This document shows positions 40,564-56,743 of a stretch of 64,000 bases of DNA, one piece after another. Origin of the DNA: Octopus vulgaris. Its lineage: Eukaryota. The translations under genes were made by a program, and so were the position numbers. The notes beneath the pieces are model-generated. The model was not told the origin of the DNA and made no database searches. It saw nothing but the letters and a program-made list of their open reading frames with translations. The DNA lies in NCBI GenBank assembly GCA_951406725.2, contig OX597815.1:211978001-212042000 (forward strand). Direction: 5' to 3'. Every line of letters starts with the position of its first letter. Positions within the stretch are counted from its first letter, which is position 1.

Positions 40564-40683
40564 AGTGGCGGCGGTGGTCGTTGTGCTGGTGGTGGTGGTG
40601 GTGGTGCTGGTGGTGGTGGTGGTGCTGGTGGTGGTGGTGGTGCTGGTGGTGGTGGTGGTGCTGGTGGTGGTGGTGGTGCTGGT
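40564..40683. repeat. 18-bp minisatellite (GGT)5GCT
   Basis: About five tandem GGTGGTGGTGGTGGTGCT units. Confidence 0.92.
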
Positions 40684-42378
40684 TCTATTGCTAAGGGTGT
40701 AGTTAGTAAGATCGTTATTATTATTGTATATGTTATAGCCGCTATTTTGGCTTCAATTCATGTTACGCTGCAGGTTCTTTTATGATGTTCCCTCCACTAA
40801 CAATGTTATTAAACTTGCTGTTGTTTCTGTTGACAAAGTTTATGCTGTACTCAAACGCTGCTAACACTAGTACTAGTTTTGTTATCGCTGCTGGCATTGT
40901 TGTTGTTGTTGTATAAAAATAAGTCAGATTTCATGGAGCACACCTACGATCAAAAGCGTCCCAGAACGCGGTCATCTGATCCTTGCTCATATCCAAACCA
41001 ATATTATTCAATGTATCCATCTTTAAGACGCGTAATTTGAAAGAGATGTGGCTGCTATTTCTACTGAGGCAAACGACAGTGTAGAGGCCCCTTCGTTTGG
41101 CTTGACTCTGCTCCACCGACTGAGCTGCTCGCACAAGTCAGATAATAAAGCCATGCTCTATTCCATGGAGAACTTGGGCCCTTTAAATATCTGAGAAGAG
41201 TGGAATGAAGAAAAACGTATGTGCAAGTATGTCTGTGTGGTGACTAGTTTGCTTCCCAACCAAGTGGTTCCAGGTTCTGTCCCACTGCGTGGCACCTTGA
41301 GCAAGTGTCTTCTACCATAACCCCGATCCGACCAAGGCCTTGTGAATGGATTTGGCAGATGAAAACTGAAAGTAGCGTGTGTCGTATATATGGTGTGTGC
41401 GTGTGTGTGTGAGTGTGTATGTTTGTGAGTGTTGGGTGGGGGGAATTCGTGTGTGTGTGTGTCTTTGTGTATGTGTTTCTTCCCTCCGCCACTTGACAAC
41501 TGACGTTGGTTTGTTTAATTCTCCGTAAGTTAATGGTTCAGTGGAGAAAAAAAAAAGATAGAAAAGTACCAGACTTTACAAAAACATAGTAAGTACTGGG
41601 TTCGGTTTGTTTGACTAAACCCTTCAAGGTGGTACCCAAGCAATTTGAGAGGGGGTGCTTAGAGGAAGGGATTACATCGACCTCAGGGCTCAACTGGTAC
41701 TCATTATATCAACTCTGAAAGGGATGAAAGGCAAAGTCGACATCGGCGGGATTTGAACTCAGAACGTAAAGCAAACTGAATTACCGCTAAGCATTCTGCC
41801 CGACATGCTAGCGACCCTAGCAACTCGCCGCCTTTCGGTCAACTTCAATACTAACTGTATCTGAGTTCAAATCCTGGCGTGATTATCTTTGCTTTACATT
41901 CTTTCTTGGGTCGATACAACAAAGTCCCAGTCAAATATTGGAGTTAATATAATCGATTGTACTTAGCCTCATAACCTCAAGAAAAGAAATCAAATCTAGC
42001 TTCAATCCTTTCCTTTATAAATAAAATCTTTGATCTGTGAACGTAACCGAAAAGGCAATGGGCAAACTTCTTATTCCAACAGAATGGTAAAAAGAATATT
42101 GTTTATCTCAAGTTAAGATATTTTTGTATTATTCTAAAAACGTTTCGTTGAGGTAATGGGATATGTAAATTAATAAATAAATAAAACATATGCATATATA
42201 CATACATATATGTACGTACCTACCTCTACATGTATATATACATGCATATATGGGTACAGGACACCAAAAAAACGTCGAACACAATGAGAAACGAAAACAT
42301 AAATACAAAACCAAGGAAACTGACATTTTTTAAAACAACGAAAAAATAGAATACAGGACATACAAAACAAGAAAAATT

Positions 42379-42440
42379 CCCCTTCTTCAGTCGCCTTAGA
42401 TTCATCTACTCCACGTTTCGAAGGTCAAGGCGATACATGA
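42379..42440 (-). ncRNA. Non-circularly permuted hammerhead ribozyme motif, copy 2
   Basis: Minus strand: TCATGT-A-TCGCCTT-ga-CCTTC-GAAA-CGTGG-linker-AAGGCGA-CTGAAGA-A-GGGG. It covaries with copy 1. Confidence 0.72.
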
Positions 42441-43873
42441 CTTCAATGAAATTTTCCTTCCCACGAAAATCAAATTAAATAAAATTTGAGATTTTGTTGC
42501 GGAGGGGTAAAAATGGTAACAAAAACAGGACAGTAACGACAGTACAAAATATAAACAGTAAAGGACAGGACACGGAGAATAACAGTAACACAAACAAGAA
42601 GGGCTGTTAAGCCAAACGAGATAAAAAATTTTTACGAACTTTCAAAATTTTCCCGCAAAAGTGTGGAAGTTTACGATAGATATGTAAAACACATTTTTTG
42701 AAAAGGAAAATATCTGGGAAAAGCTTTAATTAGAGAAGGGATTTGTAGAATTCGGATTGTAAGCATAAATACATGTATTAGACCCAAAATAATTGAAGAA
42801 AGTCATGAAGAAGACGGGCGTGGCAGAGCAATCCAGATCAAAGTCATAGTGACTGACAAGAAATTACAGGTGGAACCCTTCCGCAGGAGAAGACTAATTA
42901 GGTCATCGCTGCTCCACTCAGGCGAGGCATACAGCCTAAGGAGCGAAAGGCTTGTGACCCTGAGATGCCTGCTGATGGTAATGTTTTCATTAATGATTTC
43001 AAATTTTGACACTAAGCCAGTAATTTGGGGGAGGGTATAAACCAATTGCATCGACCCCAGAACATAAGGATGAAAAGCAAAATGGACCTCCACGGAATTT
43101 GAATTCAGAACGTGAAGAAGGACGAAATGCCACCAAGCATTTCGCCTGGCGTCCAAACGATTCTGCCAGCTCACCGTCTTATACAAAAGGTTTCCAATAT
43201 TGCGATGGATTCAAAGGAGAGCTTGCAATTATTCTGAGAAGCTTCTGCAGTTTCTGAATGGGACAAAGCATCTCCGATCTCCAATATTTATTTCGCCGAT
43301 TATTCAAGAGTATAACGAAGGCTTTAGAAGAAATTTAGAAATTACCCTAGAAAATAATGAAATTCAAAGTAGAAAATAGCGAAGTTAAAAGGAAACGATG
43401 AAGAAGACTTGTTTGTTATTCGCTAAAATCAATATATTTTCGAAAAAACACATCGATAATATGCATGTACTTTAAGAGTTCTCTGACCAAAGTACTGCAC
43501 TAGCTACAACGTAAGAGCTAGTGAGATATCTTACATTGTTCGTTGCTGTTGTTGTTAAACTTCATGTCATTCAAGAGTGGGCAAAATAGCATTCAAGGAC
43601 ATTCCAGCCATGAACATCCCACTTATTTTACAAGCATAGCATTGTCTGGGTTATGTGCCATTTCTTTGTTAGCAACAGAGATTTGGGTGTATAATGTTGT
43701 CTCGTAGATCGTACGAAGATATACTATAATATGGATATATAGATGTATCTATGTGAGTATATATATAGATATGCCTGTATGTGTATATATACACGCATAT
43801 ACTTACATACATATATTTATATAATATATATATATATATATGTATGTATACATATATATACAGATATATGTAT

Positions 43874-43939
<66 letters not shown>

Positions 43940-44070
43940 TATGTATGTATACATGCATGCATGTATGTATAGATATATAGTTGAACAACGCTCTTCATTT
44001 AACATTTCACTCTGACAAGTATTCTGTTTTAAAATATTTCCTCCAGATATCATTTCCGCATGACATGCAT

Positions 44071-44141
<71 letters not shown>

Positions 44142-44336
44142 ACACATGCATACAAACGTAACATACACAAGTACGTGCGTGAGTGCATATATATAATTGA
44201 AAAACGATCTTCAATTCATATGTTTCCCCTCTGACAATTATTTTTTATGTTTTAAATTATATACTCTAGACATTACTTCCGCGTGACAATATATATATAT
44301 ATATGATATACATACATTTATTTTATACATACACAT

Positions 44337-44400
<64 letters not shown>

Positions 44401-45285
44401 TTATAATATGTGTGTATGTAGATATATATATTCATATGTATATGTGTGTTTGTCTCTGTGTGTGTGTGTGTATGTGTTCATATACACATGCACCCAAAGA
44501 TATAACTACACACTCATACACACACACCCATTTATACACCTCACATATGTATGTGTGTATGTATGTGTATGTGTTTGTGTGCATTTTGTAACTGTATTAT
44601 ATTCTGCTCTTTAAAAACCAACACTGACCCTATTTAGTAAAATAAACAGCATTTTCTTTTTTCTCTTATCTAAGACTATCTCCATTTTTAATAATTAAAA
44701 TATCTTAGTGGGTGGGCGACAAAAATACTCTAAACTATTCATGTATGTGGAATAAATCTGTCTGAAATGCTTGGGTATAAATCTTTCTAAATTTGGCTCA
44801 AGGACATCAGTTTTGAGGGTAGGTGGGTTCCGATTACATCAATTCCAGGACCCAGATGGTTCTTAATTTAGCGACCCTGAAAGAATGAATGATAAATTCG
44901 CCCTCAGCGGAATTTGAAATCAGAACGTAATGCCGGAAGAAATGACGGTAAGCATTTTTTCCTGTGTGCTAACGATTCGGCCAACTCACTGCATTATGTC
45001 TTGGTATAAATCATACTTGATAGTTGAAAATTAATTCTTTATTGCCCACAAGGGGCTAAACATAGAGAGGACAAACAAGGACAGACAAATGGATTAAGCC
45101 GATTACATCAACCCCAGTGCGTAACTGGTACTTATTTAATCGACCCCGAAAGGATGAAAAGCAAAGTCGACATCGACGGAATTTGAACTCAGAACATAGC
45201 GGCAGGCGAAATCTTGCTAGTTGAAAATGCAACAGTAAAACCGTTGCCTCGGGAAAATATCTTATATAGCATATGTCCGTTCCAT

Positions 45286-45374
<89 letters not shown>

Positions 45375-45941
45375 CAGACAGACAAGTAGACAGACAGACA
45401 GACGTTTACATACATAAATACATACATACATACATGACTATTCAAACTTACATATATACAAACATGTATAGGTACATACAAATATACATAGATACATATA
45501 TGCTGAGGATGGAAATGACTAATATTTTATGTGTTTCACAATGAAGCCATTATACAAATCCCCAAACCGCCAACATTACTCCACCAGTTTATTATGCAAC
45601 TTCCAGCAAATTATTACGCCGTCAAAATGGCCGTTCAGTAGCATGAGTGGTAGCTTATGAAGAAGGACGTCAAAAATGTCTCGTGAACTGTAGACTTTTT
45701 GCAAGCCAGATAGTGTAATCATCATCCTAGGCTTCGTACGTTGAATAATCAAAATTTGTTCATTTCAAACGCTACCTACTGGAAAATTGGGTCACCCCGT
45801 TTGCTATTTATACTAAGAGACCTTAACGAATTCGATCCTAGCTTCCATTCATCCTTTGGTCCAGAGGAGATAACCCGTCTCAACACATTTTTTCCCTGTT
45901 AGCCGTTTGACCATTTTGTCCTTTGATATATGTTATATTGG

Positions 45942-48669
<2,728 letters not shown>

Positions 48670-48674
<5 letters not shown>

Positions 48675-49154
48675 AAATATTGAATTTCTAAATCTCTCGT
48701 AGAGACATGTACGGTGGTGGGGCGATAGAATGGTTGTATACTGTCAATCTAACAAGAACGTGACAGTAGGGGGTACACCACCGCTGTATAGCCCTAGGAA
48801 GCATCGAACGCCTCCTGATAGCTTTGACACATTTTTCCCTGTGTTCTTATATACATATACGAAGGGGAGACAAACACCCCCGGCTGCCGGAACTGCATCT
48901 AGGGACACCGTGTTTCAGGATCGTTGTCCTTCATCGGCCTAGAGTAGCAGACACCGGTCAGCTGGTGATATTTGTCTCGACTTCGTAATTGTATATATCT
49001 ATATTCAGTGAAGTTTATTCACTGATTATCAAAATAAGAAATATTGAATTTCTAAATCTCTCGTAGAGACATGTACGGTGGTGGGGCGATAGAATGGTTG
49101 TATACTGTCAATCTAACAAGAACGTGACAGTAGGGGGTACACCACCGCTGTATA
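48670..49154 (-). mobile_element. Retrozyme-like 364-bp unit present as 1.33 tandem copies
   Basis: Identical 121-bp direct repeat at 48670-48790 / 49034-49154, with an internal HHR and long self-complementarity. Confidence 0.75.
48898..48943 (-). ncRNA. Type I minimal hammerhead ribozyme motif (CCGAUGA core)
   Basis: TCTAGG-CCGATGA-AGGA caacga TCCT-GAAA-CAC G GTG-TC-CCTAGA, with cleavage triplet GUC. Confidence 0.85.
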
Positions 49155-49256
49155 TGTAATTATATGTAATTTTCTAGATGGTGTAATTTAATTGTTCATT
49201 TTGAATTGATAAAAGGTGTTTTTTTCTAATTTATACATATATATATATATATATAT

Positions 49257-49301
<45 letters not shown>

Positions 49302-49390
49302 CATACATCTACATAGACATATATGTTATATATGTATATATATGAATGCACACACACACACACACACAAACATACATATGTACATCTATG

Positions 49391-49514
<124 letters not shown>

Positions 49515-50555
49515 TACAGCAAATAGCAGCTAGAATATAAGATATTCTCGAAGCAGGCAAAGCTATAAACAATAGCGTGTAAATAACGAGTTAACAATCC
49601 TTTTGGATAGCAAAACTCGGAAGACTCGAACCCACATCTTCGGTAAGCATTTTGTTACTCAATAATAAGATGGATATATTACAAGAGCCTACGATCAAGT
49701 TTCTTTGTCACTATTCCGTTCACCCAATTGCATCCTAGTCTCTTGGGGGGGAAAAAGATACATTGTATAATGTACTTCGCGATATACTATAACTGAGAAC
49801 AAATAGAATGGATTATCAGTACTGGTGCACATTTGATCCTATATCTGTTCAATCAGGACTTATTTATGTCCTTACTTGCTACTGGATGTGTCTTCAGGCA
49901 TTACTGACTGTTAGCATTAGTTTATACATCCCGGTGGGATGTGAACCAAGGACGAACGTAAACAGACGTAACTCAATACCGCAAAACATTTCATTTTTCT
50001 CTTCGACACACAACCGATTGTTGCCATTCACTACCGTTTCATCTGATATTATTATAAATGAAATGTCCCTAGTTTATAATATCTACGTCGCTACATTGAC
50101 AGTTGTGTACCAAGTTAATTGGCTGTTTAAACGTGAACGCTATGTGTGTTCTAGCTGAACATGTGTGTTCGGTTGTTCCGGTTTTGATATAGGTGTATGC
50201 CCCTATTTAACTGCTTCTATATTCCTACCGGACAAGATTTGTTTTCACATTAAATTACGTAAAGTTTGATCTCTCTCTCTCACACACACACACACTCTCT
50301 CTCCGTTGAGAAAAATGTTTTGTTTTGATTTTTCGATTTCTTGTTATTTATTTTATTTATCTTATACTCTTTTGGGCGGAGATATAATAGGTTTCAAATT
50401 TCCATAACCAATTGAGCAGAAAACTAAAAGATCTGTTTTTCAAATTTATCTCGAAAATTTATGACAAAAATCAACATGTTTTGCGGATAAAGTAACCTTT
50501 TGTGGTTTTACAAAGTCGTAACTTATTTGGTGGGTTTAGCCGTGCGTATTATTTG

Positions 50556-51642
50556 TACAAGCAAATCTACCCATCTACGAAGGAAGCATAAAATGAAGGA
50601 GGGAAGTCATAGTAGCAGTATGTATTGAGAAATGTGTAAATGGACTTGATAGATTATGGGGTGATGTCTTAGAGAAATCGCATTATTGTTGGTGATACAG
50701 CATTCTATTGCAGTTGTATGACATGTGTTTGCGACTAAGTGACATGTGATGACGATTCACTCCCGAACTGAAATAGGCTCCCAGCCTCTGTATCATGAAT
50801 GGTTATGTGGACCACTCCTAACAAAAGCCAGTGGTTCCTTCGTTATTTAGATAGAGTTTTATTTTAGTTTACACTGTTTTAGGCTTGTTTATACTCTTTT
50901 ACATTCAAAGTTCACAAATTTCCTTATTTAAATTATGAATCCTATTCCTTTCGATAATATCAATATGGTTACAAAACGTCTTTGTAGACGATATTTCCGG
51001 TTTGGTCGAGACTAATTTTCAAATTACTGGAGTCCGTTGCTCTACTCATAGCAGCGAATAACTGGCCGCGTGTAAACATCGGAGTTGGTAAAAAATACAC
51101 CTACACGATCCAGAGTCTGGCCCTATGCCTTGTTTGCTGTGAATGCGCGAGCGGTATCTTTAGGGTTGCAAAAAATCAAATTAAGACATACCTCTCACTG
51201 CTCTATGCGAATAATGTCTGGATGTTCTGGGACCATGGCTTATTTTGATTGACAAAACTGAGATGCAAACAACAGCTGCTATGATTACCCGTTTCGAATC
51301 CTAAATAATTACAAATACTATATACTGGCTCATATTTTTCCATTTTATTTTCGCTATTAACCATCCTCGCGACCCCCTTCGTATCTACGATGAGGCTGCG
51401 AACTATACGAGGAAAATCCTAAGTTACTCGTGGTCGGTGAATTTTAAATAAAAATGCGAAGGTGGTTTATCAATTCATAAATCGATATCCACGAAATAAT
51501 CATACTTTCTGAATTTTTAATGCTAAAACCGTCTTTGTAATCCCGAAAATTATCGTAGCCATTGGTCCAGCCATCTGGCCGTAAAGCGGGAACAGACAAA
51601 GAGACGGACAGACAGATGGACATAACACCCATTATGGTCAGA
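50556..51642 (-). mobile_element. Internally deleted Helitron
   Basis: The 5' region is shared with the adjacent copy at 51646-51969. A decayed 3' hairpin/CTAG end lies near 50556-50585. It carries a helicase remnant. Confidence 0.7.
50969..51160 (-). pseudogene. Helitron Pif1-type helicase C-terminal remnant
   Basis: AFTANKA*GQTLDRVGVF / LPTPMFTRGQLFAAMSRATDSSNLKISLDQTGNIVYKDVL* matches Pif1 motifs V and VI (TINKAQGQT, HGQLYVALSR) and the terminal NIVY.EVL. Confidence 0.88.
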
Positions 51643-51645
51643 AGA

Positions 51646-51969
51646 TAGCAAATCTGCCCATCTACGATGGGAAATAAAAGGATAGTATCGCAAATCTAAA
51701 CCCTCTAAATTCACGAACTATATGGGGCGGGGAATTTAGAGTTAATCTTCGTCACCGGAATTTTAACAAAAAAAGGGCAAAACTCAATATCCACTAAATA
51801 ATCATACTTTTTCACATTTTTTTTTTCGCTAAAACCCTTCCTGATTACTTCCTTTGTAATCCCGAAAAACATCGTGACCATTGGTTCAGCCGTTTGACCT
51901 TGAAGGGGGAACAGACAGACAGACAGACAGACAGACAGAAAGACTGACATAACTCCCATTATAGACAGA
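51646..51969 (-). mobile_element. Short non-autonomous Helitron
   Basis: A|TC 5' end at 51969, (CTGT)n tract, AAACGGCTGAACCAAT motif, and hairpin CCCATC TAC GATGGG near the 3' end. Confidence 0.72.
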
Positions 51970-52294
51970 TATTTGCACTACAGAATAACTTTACTATCAC
52001 AATTCCTACCACGGAAATTACTAGTTTTTATTCCAGCTCTAAATTAGGGGAGACGAATTGATTTTATTTTGACTTGTAGGTGAAAACTGATATCGTAGTT
52101 CACGTTGCTATTTAATATTGCAATAAAACTGAGAAAGATATAAATCTTCATTAATGAATTATTGTAAATAAACTTAAATATCAAACTTATCAAACTCATT
52201 GATATCACATTTTAAATAGAAAGTTTTCCCTACTACCAACAAAATTTCTTATCACATAGAAAGAATATAAAATTTCTTATAGCACACACACACA

Positions 52295-52336
<42 letters not shown>

Positions 52337-52341
52337 TTCTC

Positions 52342-52425
<84 letters not shown>

Positions 52426-53061
52426 GAATAAGATATTCCAAAACGTTATTTTCAGTTTCGAAATATAAGAAAATAATAAGTGAAGAATGGAGCGTTAGGT
52501 CGACATAATCGGCTTATCCAGCTCCCTTGAAATTGCTGGCATTGTGCCAAAATTTGAAATTACTATATTAGTATTTATTATACGGAACACTCCATAGCTC
52601 TGGGGTATTTTCCTTTAGCCATATTGTTACAATCAACAGGTCAACATTCACCTTTCTTTTTAACTTTTACTCGTTACAGTCAGTGGAGTGCGGTCATACT
52701 GGGGCACCGGCTTGAGCTGTTCAGTCGAATAAACAGATCCCCGTACCTACTTTTAAGTCTGGTATTTATTCTATTCGTTTCTTTTGCCGAAGCACTAAGT
52801 TACGGGGACGTAAGGAAACCAAACCGATTGTCAAGCAATGGGGAAAAACTGGGGAGAAAACATCAACACAGACACTTACGACGGGCTTCCACACACATCC
52901 CTACCAAATTCATTCGATATATTGGTCAGACATGGGTCACAGTAGAAGACACTTGCCCACGAGGCTGTGAAATGAACATCTCAGCCACATGAGTGAAATT
53001 TATCATTTACAAGATATGTTCATCAATGAGTTAACTCTGATTATTATTATCATCATCATCA

Positions 53062-53116
<55 letters not shown>

Positions 53117-53117
<1 letters not shown>

Positions 53118-53521
53118 GAGTGAGAGAGCAGTTCATGCCATCAAAGTGACACTGGGGTAAAATATACGAAGCCCAATATACCCATCATGGCTACCCGTCT
53201 GATAAGGGTACACCAGACACATGCATCACAACCATATGTGCGTGACGTGGTGATCTCATATCAAGATAAACAGCGCATGACCTTGCGGGTGGGGCCCAGT
53301 TAGAATTTTCTTCAGGTTGAGTAGCCCATCCCGCTCAAAAGGTCCCTGAATAAGGGTTGTTTAAGGATGTTGAAAGAACCATCCATGTTTCCAGAGGTGA
53401 ATTATTCAAACCCCAAAGAATCCTTCTCAACACGTGGCTATGATGCTCCCTCACTACTTCTGCTCGTGATCAGAGATACACATATCGTCAGCCACTAAGG
53501 GACATGCTCAACTGGTTATGG

Positions 53522-53523
<2 letters not shown>
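53117..53523 (-). mobile_element. Unclassified interspersed repeat inserted in (TAA)n
   Basis: About 400 bp flanked on both sides by (ATT)n. A diverged inverted partial copy lies at about 54250-54372. Confidence 0.6.
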
Positions 53524-53596
<73 letters not shown>

Positions 53597-53598
<2 letters not shown>

Positions 53599-53787
53599 TA
53601 GTTTTATTTTTATAGCGTGCTTTCACTTCACTACCGAGCGCAGCTCTGTGTGCCTTGGGTATGTGCTGTGATTTGTTGTGATGCTATGATGGTTATTGTA
53701 TGGAAAGTGTTCTGCGTAGGATGTGTGCAGTGCCTAGTAGTGCAATTTTCTGTATGTTATATGTGTTTGTAAGTCCTGGTGTTTTTC
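53597..53787 (-). mobile_element. R4/Dong-like LINE 3' end
   Basis: KTPGLTNTYNIQKIALLGTAHILRRTLSIQ*, then a short 3'UTR running into (TAA)n. Confidence 0.82.
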
Positions 53788-55745
53788 ATCAATGATTTAA
53801 CTCTGTACCCGATTTATCTTTCAGTCTCTTTGGCTCAAATGAATAAATAAATAAAGAAAGAAAGAAATAAATAAATGAATAAATAAATACTGTACACCTC
53901 TTTTGTTTTGTCTTCTACGCAAACACAATTGTGTATATGCATCAAGCATGTTTTATCTTGCGATGATCTTAACACTATAGCCTAAATAAGCCTTATGTTT
54001 TGGGATTCTGACAAAGCTCTAATAACACTAACAATTTCTTTTTTGTCTTTGGTCAGTAAGTGTTATTTCCTATTTACTTCTATCTAGAAATCAAACGAAA
54101 TTATTGCTGTTCCTTTCAAACTTTGCTTTTGTGACCTGACCTATTTTCATTTTTACATTGCAGACAGATTCAGCGCTGAGTCGCTGAAGCAGAAATATCG
54201 TTATAACAAATATTCTGCTCAACACCACAAATGTGCTTGTCACTTTACTTGGATTTAACCACTTGAACATGTCCCTTTGTGGCTGACAACATGTGCATCT
54301 CTGATCATGAATAGGAGTAGTGTGGGAGCATAATAACTATGTGTTGAGAGGGCTTCTTTGGGATTTGAATAAATATAACAAAATCAAAGTTTGAAGGAAT
54401 AATAGCCATTTTTCATACTTTCTAGGGATAAGCAAAGGAAATAACAGTTGCTACTCAAGGACAAAAATTATGTTACACAGTGTTGATAAAATAGAATAGC
54501 GGGACACGAAAATTCTAGCCGTAGAGTTAAGAGTGTGATGGAACCTTTATGGGTGTTTCTCATGCCAGACTTCCAACATGCTCTCTTCGTGTCTTGGGCA
54601 GCAACATTGATTTCACGAAAGTTCTTAAGAGCGAGACACTACATGTGAATGATGCAGAAGAGCAAATCATTTCTTGATCTGACCCTACGGAAACCGTTAT
54701 GCTGGTCACTAAGAAGAAAGAGACTCAAGGGGACGAAGATGGTTTATTGAAGCTTGCATCATTTCCTTCGAGATGTTAGAAACGGAAGACAAAACGGTTG
54801 TAGTTGGCTGGATAAGACATACTGAAAATAGTATTCACTTTTACGTGTTTCCGTAGTCAGTGAAATAGATTTGCGGATAAATAAAGTTTTAAGATAATAT
54901 GAATTTTCTAGCGTTGGGACACACTGTAGAAAATATGCTCTATGTTCGAATCGCTTTCTTCGGTTTTGAGTGATCTTCATTGTACATTACTTGTAACACA
55001 TCGTGTCTGTACGTGATGATGAGACAAATAAAATAGAATGAAGAGGAGAGTGTGAAAGGTCTTTTGTCATATGTGTGCGTGCGTGTGTGCGCGTGTATGT
55101 GTTATGTGTGCGTGTGTGTGTGCAGTGTTGATTTGGAAGAATATTTAAGCAGCAAATAAGGTGACTTTAACAACAGAAGTACTTCCTATTGTCGTTTTGC
55201 TTGAGGAGTGTCGCGTAGGAGGATTTCTGCAAAGATAATAGAAATAATAGCCTAGAAGAGCCCGGCTGTAATTTAGGGGTTGGTAGATTTATCAACAGAA
55301 TTGTTATTTACAGACCATTTTACTTTGAGAAGTGGCAAGTAGTATTACTCTGTAAAGTAAATTAGAGACCCTATTGGCAAGGGATCAGAAATCCCAGCTG
55401 CAATTTGAGAGACGGAAATGTTTCATACAATGGAATGCATAAAAGGATCTTTGACTTTCCTGGCGGTAATCTTTCAAACATAATTTGATGGGGAATAGGC
55501 TTCACTGTTGGAAAATTTAGATGACTCACCCCAGGAATTGTAAACAGAATGTTTCGCTTGTACATCTGCAACTCAACAGCAGGTGAAGAACTTAGAAGTT
55601 TTGGGTAGTAAATTGAGGAGTATTGATATAATTAAAGGGGTGTTTGGCGGTATCAGGTGAGTCAGAGGGATGTAGAGTTGCTGCTAAGTGTAGTCAGCAT
55701 AGAAATGATGGAACTCCGGTGAGTTAGGCGCTTTAAAGTCTAAAT

Positions 55746-56080
55746 CAATGGTTCTCAACCGGGGTTCGTATGACCCCAGAAGGTCCATATAAGATTTTGG
55801 TGGGGTTCACGGAAACAAAATAGTAAATCGGGGACCTACAGCAATTTATTAAGGGTCCACGAAGAAACTTTGTTTAAGACGTATGTATTGCAAGAAACAG
55901 CTAGGTTTCTTTCTCTAACATTTTACAAAGTTCAACCAACACAAGTCAATGAGTGGAAAACAAAATGGGGATTTTGAAAGAAGTTTCTATAACATTAGCT
56001 TTTGAACATCAAATGGCTATGGGGGTCCATCAGAATAAAAAGGGGTCCATAGATTTTTAAAAAATGATTGGGAACCCATG
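55746..56080. mobile_element. hAT (Charlie-like) MITE
   Basis: TIR CAATGGTTCTCAA / TTGGGAACCCATG with 8-bp TSD GTCTAAAT / GTCTAGAT. Confidence 0.82.
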
Positions 56081-56365
56081 GTCTAGATGATGGGTCTTCG
56101 GCACTAAGATGTTAGAATGGATCTTCCGTAAATATTTCAATGATTTTTAACATACACAGATACAATATAATATATCTGTGTATGTGTATGTACACATGTG
56201 TGTGCGCATGAATGTGCGTACGCATCTGTGTGTGTGTGTGTGTGCATTCGTGTGCGTCTGCGGATAGGTAAATAAAGTATGTATGAAGGGTAAATGAATG
56301 AATGAAATATATATTTATATATATATGTGTGTGTGTGTATGTATATTATATATATATATATATTA

Positions 56366-56420
<55 letters not shown>

Positions 56421-56533
56421 ATATATATATGTATGTATGTATGTATGTATATATATGTATGTATGAATGAATATATATTTATATATATATGTGTGTGTGT
56501 GTGTATGTATATTATATATATATATATATATTA

Positions 56534-56585
<52 letters not shown>

Positions 56586-56609
56586 TATATATATATGTGT
56601 ATATATATG

Positions 56610-56656
<47 letters not shown>

Positions 56657-56659
56657 ATA

Positions 56660-56743
<84 letters not shown>

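Noticed and set aside
40480-40785. Gly-rich 101-aa ORF with hydrophobic flanks
   Set aside because: It has a non-ATG start, is built from (GTT)/(GGT) repeats, and has no splice or homology support.
43980-44290. Diverged direct repeat of about 85 bp around microsatellites (similarly 6960-7000 vs 8090-8130)
   Set aside because: Looks like an ordinary old local duplication with no structural or coding signal.
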